A DNA stretch of 60,858 nucleotides from a virus (lineage: Duplodnaviria > Caudoviricetes): IMG/VR virus record IMGVR_UViG_3300021963_000139, positions 1 through 60,858 of that record; one strand, written 5' to 3'. Shown one piece after another: positions 56,038-60,858 of this stretch (position 1 is its first letter; each line of letters begins with the position of its first letter). Below the pieces are notes generated by a model. That model was not told the DNA's origin and searched no databases. It saw only the letters and a program-made list of their open reading frames with translations. Position numbers and translations under genes: made by a program.

Positions 56038-57909
56038 TTACCTCAGTTTAATTGGATTAGCCGCACTTCCTTCTGGCGCGCTTGATGCCGCACCGCCAAG
56101 CAGTTGATTTTCTATCGCCTTAATCTCTTGCTGTAAACGTTTTATCTCCTCTTTGACTTCAGGCTTGCTGGCGTATGCCATGTTTTCCATATATGTCTTT
56201 AAGGTGTTTCGTTTGGAGTCAAGTGCCGCTTTAAGTCTTTGTTGTTCTACCGACTCTGCCCCTCTTGCGCCTTTCAACCTTTCAACGGTAGACATATAAG
56301 CTTCCGCTTTTTTGCCTGTTGGATCTTCCCTAAGCAACCTTTGGTACTCATCAAACAATCGTTCCGTTTCGCCGGGACGGTTAGCGGAGGCTGCTTGGAT
56401 TCTAGCAACCAGTAACTGCGTCTCGCGGCTAAGTTTATTTTCTTCAGCCCGAGCCTTGAGTTCTGCAAACGTCCTTGCATTAGATGCTTCAATTTGTGCA
56501 AGGTTACTCGTTAACTGACCGGCAATCTCTCTATCTTTCTGCTGGTACTTTGCAGCTTCCATATCAGCTTGACGCTTGGCTGCGAAATCACCACGCGACT
56601 GAGCGATCCTTGCGGTCTCAATTTCCTGCATCATCTTGATGCGGTTCATCTCACGTTCACGTTGCAGTAATTGTTGTTTCTCTTCACGGCCTCGAGCGGC
56701 TTCGGCCTCTGTCTCAGCGGCTCTACCAAACCCGCCTAGCAAAGCACCGATCCCACGCTGACCACGAGACGCTTCACCAGCAGCCATAAGTGATTTCCAT
56801 AAAGCAGATCTGGTTCTATCTTTCTCCATCTGTTGGAAACGTTCTTGATCTTCTCGGTCGCGACGTTCAAGCGTAGCCAGATATTGCTCAATCTTTTCGC
56901 CAGGAAGCTTCGTGAGATAAGGATTCTTTTCAGCCGCCTTTTTCCATTCCTCTTCGTAGCTTTGAATGGTGGTCGGTTGTTGTTGAGGAATAGATGTTCT
57001 TAAGGCTTGCATCGCTGGGGTTTCAGCAATAGGCTGAGGCGCAACCGTGGCTATGCCTTGCGGGGATGGAATAGGGGCTGGCGCTTGTACCGACGGACCT
57101 CTAGGCGGCGTTTGTGTAGACGTACCAATTCCTTGCGGCGCTTGCGGAGGAGGGCCGGGAGGAAAACGTTGTTCCATCCTCGGGGTTACAGGTTGTGACA
57201 CGGTTTGCCGCGCAGGCGGTGGTGGCGTAGTTCCTAATTCAGCCTGAGCTAGTTGCTGCTCTAGCATCCGTCTTGTCGCCGTAGCCTTTTCATATTCTTC
57301 TTTGCGTTCTGGAAACTCACGCAATTGTTTTGAACCCATAATTCCGGGTTCTAAGAATGCTTGCTCTAAGGCTTTTGCTTGTATAACTTGTTCACGTATT
57401 TCATCAAGCTTTTTCAAATCATCTTCGGTAAGTTCTTTTCTTTGTCCCGGTGACCCACCCGCAAACGCAATGATGCCACCCGATCCAAATTCAAACTGAT
57501 TATCAGGAACACGAATTGTTGCAACACCACCACCTGCCATCTCTATCGGCATTTCTTCGGGCATTTCAGGAACTTGTGGTTGCGGTACTCCTTGCGGGGC
57601 AGGCCCGGGCATTCTTGCCATTTGCTGACCCTGACTCATGGCCGCTTGTTGTTGGCGCAAGCCTTGGGTCTGTAGCTGATCCATCAATTGTTTTTGCAGC
57701 GCAGAAAGGCCAACTTCTTGTTCAAGTTTTTCTTTGACAGTACCTTGCGGCATCTGAGCAGGTTGCATAGCCTGCTCCATTTTCTTTCGCCTGTTCAGTT
57801 CGCCAAGCGCCAGATAAGGCGGAACCTCGGGGTTCATACCATTGGCATACATCATCACCGCTTGAAGCGGCATGTCCTTAAGACGCTCTTGAATTTGAAC
57901 AAGATTCAT
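56038..57909 (-). CDS. Putative internal virion (ejection) protein
   Basis: Gln/Pro-rich N-terminus with MAGGG and FGSGGIIAF, then coiled coils. Confidence 0.6.
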   Translation of the reverse strand: MNLVQIQERLKDMPLQAVMMYANGMNPEVPPYLALGELNRRKKMEQAMQPAQMPQGTVKEKLEQEVGLSALQKQLMDQLQTQGLRQQQAAMSQGQQMARMPGPAPQGVPQPQVPEMPEEMPIEMAGGGVATIRVPDNQFEFGSGGIIAFAGGSPGQRKELTEDDLKKLDEIREQVIQAKALEQAFLEPGIMGSKQLREFPERKEEYEKATATRRMLEQQLAQAELGTTPPPPARQTVSQPVTPRMEQRFPPGPPPQAPQGIGTSTQTPPRGPSVQAPAPIPSPQGIATVAPQPIAETPAMQALRTSIPQQQPTTIQSYEEEWKKAAEKNPYLTKLPGEKIEQYLATLERRDREDQERFQQMEKDRTRSALWKSLMAAGEASRGQRGIGALLGGFGRAAETEAEAARGREEKQQLLQREREMNRIKMMQEIETARIAQSRGDFAAKRQADMEAAKYQQKDREIAGQLTSNLAQIEASNARTFAELKARAEENKLSRETQLLVARIQAASANRPGETERLFDEYQRLLREDPTGKKAEAYMSTVERLKGARGAESVEQQRLKAALDSKRNTLKTYMENMAYASKPEVKEEIKRLQQEIKAIENQLLGGAASSAPEGSAANPIKLR

Positions 57910-57912
57910 GGC

Positions 57913-58743
57913 TTATCCTGTAATAACACCAAGTTTTTTCAACAAATCGTAGGTCGATCCTAATGCGCCTACTGTTGACGACAACTGCCCAATACCACTT
58001 TGTGGAGCTTGAGAAGTAGATACAGTCGAAATAGGTAACCCTTGAAGCATTGATTGCTGAAACTGAAGTTGCTTCGTTGGATAATCACGCTGGGCTAAAA
58101 ACTCGTTGTAGTCTGCTGTAATACCTTCTTGTTCTATAGCCCTTTGCTGCGCGCCTGCGCTAGCCATCATATCTGCTAAGGTTTTGGCCTGTGCTTGTTC
58201 CGTATTGAACTGTTGCATTGCTTTGTCGTAAGCGTTTGCATAGCCCGTGCCAATAGTCTTATTCATTTCCTGAAGAAGATTCCTCGCGCCTTCAGCTTCC
58301 ATAAGCCCATAACGCGACCCACCAAATGCGCCGGCTTGTGCGGCTTTTCCGGCTTGCGCCGCTTGCGTTATGCCAGATTGCCTTCTTAACTCATCTAATT
58401 GCGGAGCAAGAACTGCTTGTAGATATGGGTTCATATACTGCGCTGCCGGCCCCGTTGGAGTCGCGCCACCCGCGGCTCCTGAAGTAGCCGACGGCAATGC
58501 AGGAGCATTAGCCGAAGTAAAGCTTTGCCCTAGTTGTGAAGGAAAAGTAAGCGACCCCAAACCGGCAAAGTATTTAGACTGAAGAGCCGACTCCCCGGCA
58601 GTCATAGGACCGCCATAGACTTGGTAGGGCGTTTCTGCTAAAGCTTGGGCTTTGCCAAGCATATCTGTTACATACTGTCCTGCCCAATCTGATAGGGTGG
58701 ACTGTGTCGAAGTGCCAGCAGCAGGGGTTGTTGTAGTAGCCAT
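57913..58743 (-). CDS. Putative DNA-ejection/pilot protein
   Basis: YMNPY.Q.V and AGAFGGSR motifs; Gln/Ala-rich. Confidence 0.65.
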   Translation of the reverse strand: MATTTTPAAGTSTQSTLSDWAGQYVTDMLGKAQALAETPYQVYGGPMTAGESALQSKYFAGLGSLTFPSQLGQSFTSANAPALPSATSGAAGGATPTGPAAQYMNPYLQAVLAPQLDELRRQSGITQAAQAGKAAQAGAFGGSRYGLMEAEGARNLLQEMNKTIGTGYANAYDKAMQQFNTEQAQAKTLADMMASAGAQQRAIEQEGITADYNEFLAQRDYPTKQLQFQQSMLQGLPISTVSTSQAPQSGIGQLSSTVGALGSTYDLLKKLGVITG

Positions 58744-58745
58744 AT

Positions 58746-59582
58746 TTACCTCGGCAAATAACGATCTGTTTTGGTATCAGCCGCAATGTCTTTGGCTTTG
58801 CGTCTGGCGTTTTTAATCCTATCCATCATGGCGTAAAGCTTCCTTGCGCCAGCTTCTGTAGAGCCATTGCCTAATTCAGAAACAATACGGGCAGGAATAA
58901 CGAATTCGCCGTCAGCCAATCGAGCAGGCTGTTTATCAGTAATGGTTGCGGGAATATCATCGCTCACTCCATCTCCAGGTCCACGAAGTAACTGACCGCC
59001 GTCTGAATAAGAGCCAAGATGTCCATTACGTAAGGACATAATCCCACCGCTTGCGCCTGTTACGGTGTCGTTACCACCCCCACCCGAAACCGTGTCGTTA
59101 CCGGCGCCGCCTGTTGCAGTGCTAACAGGTGTGTACACCATAGGGCTAAAGTAAGTAACACCACCAGACCCTGGCCTGCGAGGAATGGTTGCTAATTGTC
59201 CCGATTGTCCTGCCAACGGATTTGCCATCGTAGTCGGAATAGCATTCATGGTTCTTGTGGCTGTGTATGTGGGAATTTTTCCTTGATATCCTGCATATCC
59301 TCCGCCGCCGCTTGAGCCAAACATTTTATTGGCAAGCGCGCCAACTCCTAAAAGACCAGCCATCTTCGTCGCATTAGAACCAAACAACGCTTTTAACGCC
59401 GCACCCCAATCACCGGTGCCAGTAAGAATTTCCGTCAAATCGGGATTATTACCATCAGTTATCGCTAAGTCTCCAGTAAAAATACTTGGATCTAGCCATT
59501 CTGTTTCTTCACTAGATGCATTTGCCGCAGCATTTGGATCTGCCATCGACGGGTCGTTAAATAAACCAAGATCGACTGCCAT
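58746..59582 (-). CDS. Putative internal virion protein
   Basis: GPGDGVSDDIPA..ARLADGEFVIPA..GNGS..AGA motif, preceded by RTX-like GGxGNDT repeats. Confidence 0.65.
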   Translation of the reverse strand: MAVDLGLFNDPSMADPNAAANASSEETEWLDPSIFTGDLAITDGNNPDLTEILTGTGDWGAALKALFGSNATKMAGLLGVGALANKMFGSSGGGGYAGYQGKIPTYTATRTMNAIPTTMANPLAGQSGQLATIPRRPGSGGVTYFSPMVYTPVSTATGGAGNDTVSGGGGNDTVTGASGGIMSLRNGHLGSYSDGGQLLRGPGDGVSDDIPATITDKQPARLADGEFVIPARIVSELGNGSTEAGARKLYAMMDRIKNARRKAKDIAADTKTDRYLPR

Positions 59583-59583
59583 A

Positions 59584-60858
59584 TTACTGACCTCTCAAAA
59601 TCTGAATAAGTTCATCAAAAGACACGGTCTCGTCGTCTACCGCCCGTAGGATTTGATCTACGGGATTTTCCTCTCTTTTCTCTGTTCGTTCAATCTGTTC
59701 GGCTAACTGTTCCGGCTCCACGCCTGCTTGCGTCACGCTTAAAGGTTTGTATTCTTCCTGCTCGAGCGTTCCTTCTTTGGTGAGTTTTTGTTTCTTTGAG
59801 CCAAACTCTTTGCCGTAATAAAACACATTTGCTAACTGAGGCATACCAAACGAAGCAGCAATAGCCTGCGCCATCGGCCATGAAATTGGTTCAGATGTCG
59901 GCTTAACAGGCACTGTCGGTTTGGTCGGTGTAATTGGTGTAGCGGTTGGTGACGTAGTAGGAACTACAGGAGGAGCGGTAGGAACTGTAGGTGGCTCAGT
60001 AGGAACCGTTGGGGGTTCGGTAGGAACTGTAGGTGGTTCGGTCGGAACTGTAGGAACCGTTGGCGGTTCGGTCGGAACTGTAGGAACGGCAGTGGGGGTA
60101 ACCGTAGGAGCAACCGTAGGAGCAACCGTAGGCGTGACCGTAGGAGCAACCGTAGGAGCAACCGTAGGCGTGACCGTAGGAGCAACCGTAGGAGCAACCG
60201 TAGGAGCAACCGTAGGCGTGACCGAAGGCGTTTCTGTTGGCGTGACCGTAGGCGTGACCGTAGGAGTGATTGTTGGCGTTTCGGTGGGCGTAACTGTAGT
60301 AGTGGCCGTAGGGGTTTCGGTGGGAGTTTGAGTTGGAGTAACCGTAGGAGTCTCTGTAGGGGTCTCTGTAGGAGTCTCTGTAGGAGTCTCTGTTGGAGTA
60401 ACCGTAGGGGTCTCTGTAGGGGTAACCGTAAGGGTCTCTGTCGGAGTCTCTGTAGGGGTAACCGCGGGAATTTCCGTAGGCGTAGCCGTGGGAGTGGCCG
60501 TAGGCGTTTCTGTAGGAGTCTCAGGTACAAAAACAGTGGGAGTTACAGGAGTCTCTACCTCAACACTTGTCGGAGTTATTGTAGGAGTTATTGGCGCCTC
60601 CGTTGGGACAACCGGAGCCTCGGTAGGAACGGTGGGGGTCTCAGTAGGAACGGTCGGAGCCTCAGTAGGAACGGTCGGAGCCTCGGTAGGAACGGTGGGG
60701 GTTTCGGTAGGAACGGTGGGGGTTTCGGTAGGAACGGTGGGGGTTTCGGTAGGTACAAGTTCAGTAGGTACAGGCTCAGTAGGTACAAGTTCAGTAGGTA
60801 CAGGCTCAGTAGGTACAAGTTCAGTAGGAACGGGTTCAGTAGGAACGGGTTCAGTAGG
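59584..60858 (-). CDS. C-terminal part of the giant Pro/Thr-rich protein (the 109-aa track ORF 59584..59913 is its C-terminus)
   Basis: After merging the 65-nt overlap, the frame of 1..5366 matches that of 59584..59913. I found no in-frame stop in 59913-60858, which reads as [12 protein letters not shown] and PTVA repeats. Confidence 0.8.
   Translation of the reverse strand, partial: PTEPVPTEPVPTELVPTEPVPTELVPTEPVPTELVPTETPTVPTETPTVPTETPTVPTEAPTVPTEAPTVPTETPTVPTEAPVVPTEAPITPTITPTSVEVETPVTPTVFVPETPTETPTATPTATPTEIPAVTPTETPTETLTVTPTETPTVTPTETPTETPTETPTETPTVTPTQTPTETPTATTTVTPTETPTITPTVTPTVTPTETPSVTPTVAPTVAPTVAPTVTPTVAPTVAPTVTPTVAPTVAPTVTPTAVPTVPTEPPTVPTVPTEPPTVPTEPPTVPTEPPTVPTAPPVVPTTSPTATPITPTKPTVPVKPTSEPISWPMAQAIAASFGMPQLANVFYYGKEFGSKKQKLTKEGTLEQEEYKPLSVTQAGVEPEQLAEQIERTEKREENPVDQILRAVDDETVSFDELIQILRGQ
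59950..60790. repeat. Mixed 12-, 15- and 21-nt coding tandem repeats (APTV, TPTE, PTETPTV)
   Basis: Arrays such as accgtaggagca and gtaggaacggtgggggtttcg are visible. Confidence 0.9.
60794..60858. repeat. 65-nt terminal direct repeat identical to bases 1-65 (circular assembly overlap)
   Basis: Exact sequence identity by direct comparison; the match lies inside a tandem repeat. Confidence 0.9.

Noticed and set aside
59921-60818. ORFs 59921..60331, 59964..60530 and 60588..60818
   Set aside because: They are alternative frames of tandem repeats within the giant gene.

Overview
The window looks like a complete, circularly closable ~60.8-kb tailed dsDNA phage genome: bases 1-65 equal bases 60794-60858. 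Gene content suggests a podovirus-like, probably lytic phage, and a freshwater Betaproteobacteria host is my inference only. A long minus-strand late operon encodes TerS, TerL, portal, GroES-like chaperonin, scaffold, major capsid, many small basic proteins, adaptor, tail and fibre proteins, lysis genes and large putative ejection proteins. These include a ~2190-aa Pro/Thr-repeat protein that spans the junction and is missing from the ORF track, and a 2003-aa LPD38-type polyvalent protein. The early/middle region (35-50 kb) carries a DpdA/TGT-like protein, a gp88-like protein, Toprim primase, SF2 helicase, ParB-like protein, VRR-NUC, PD-(D/E)XK exonuclease, ERF and SSB. I found no DNA or RNA polymerase, integrase, tRNA or CRISPR. 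The best novel-system candidate is an AT-rich, translationally coupled pair right after the portal gene: a double 2OG-Fe(II) enzyme with a prolyl-4-hydroxylase domain, and a glycosyltransferase resembling plant SGT1/HPAT (GT96/GT95). Together with the extensin/mucin-like virion protein, this suggests a phage-encoded hydroxyproline O-glycosylation pathway. Other highlights are a promoter-bounded ~400-nt highly structured ncRNA candidate, a doubly pseudoknotted leader, RBS-sequestering hairpins on homing endonuclease genes and a repeated 26-bp palindrome. All family assignments come from motif recognition by eye; no searches were run.
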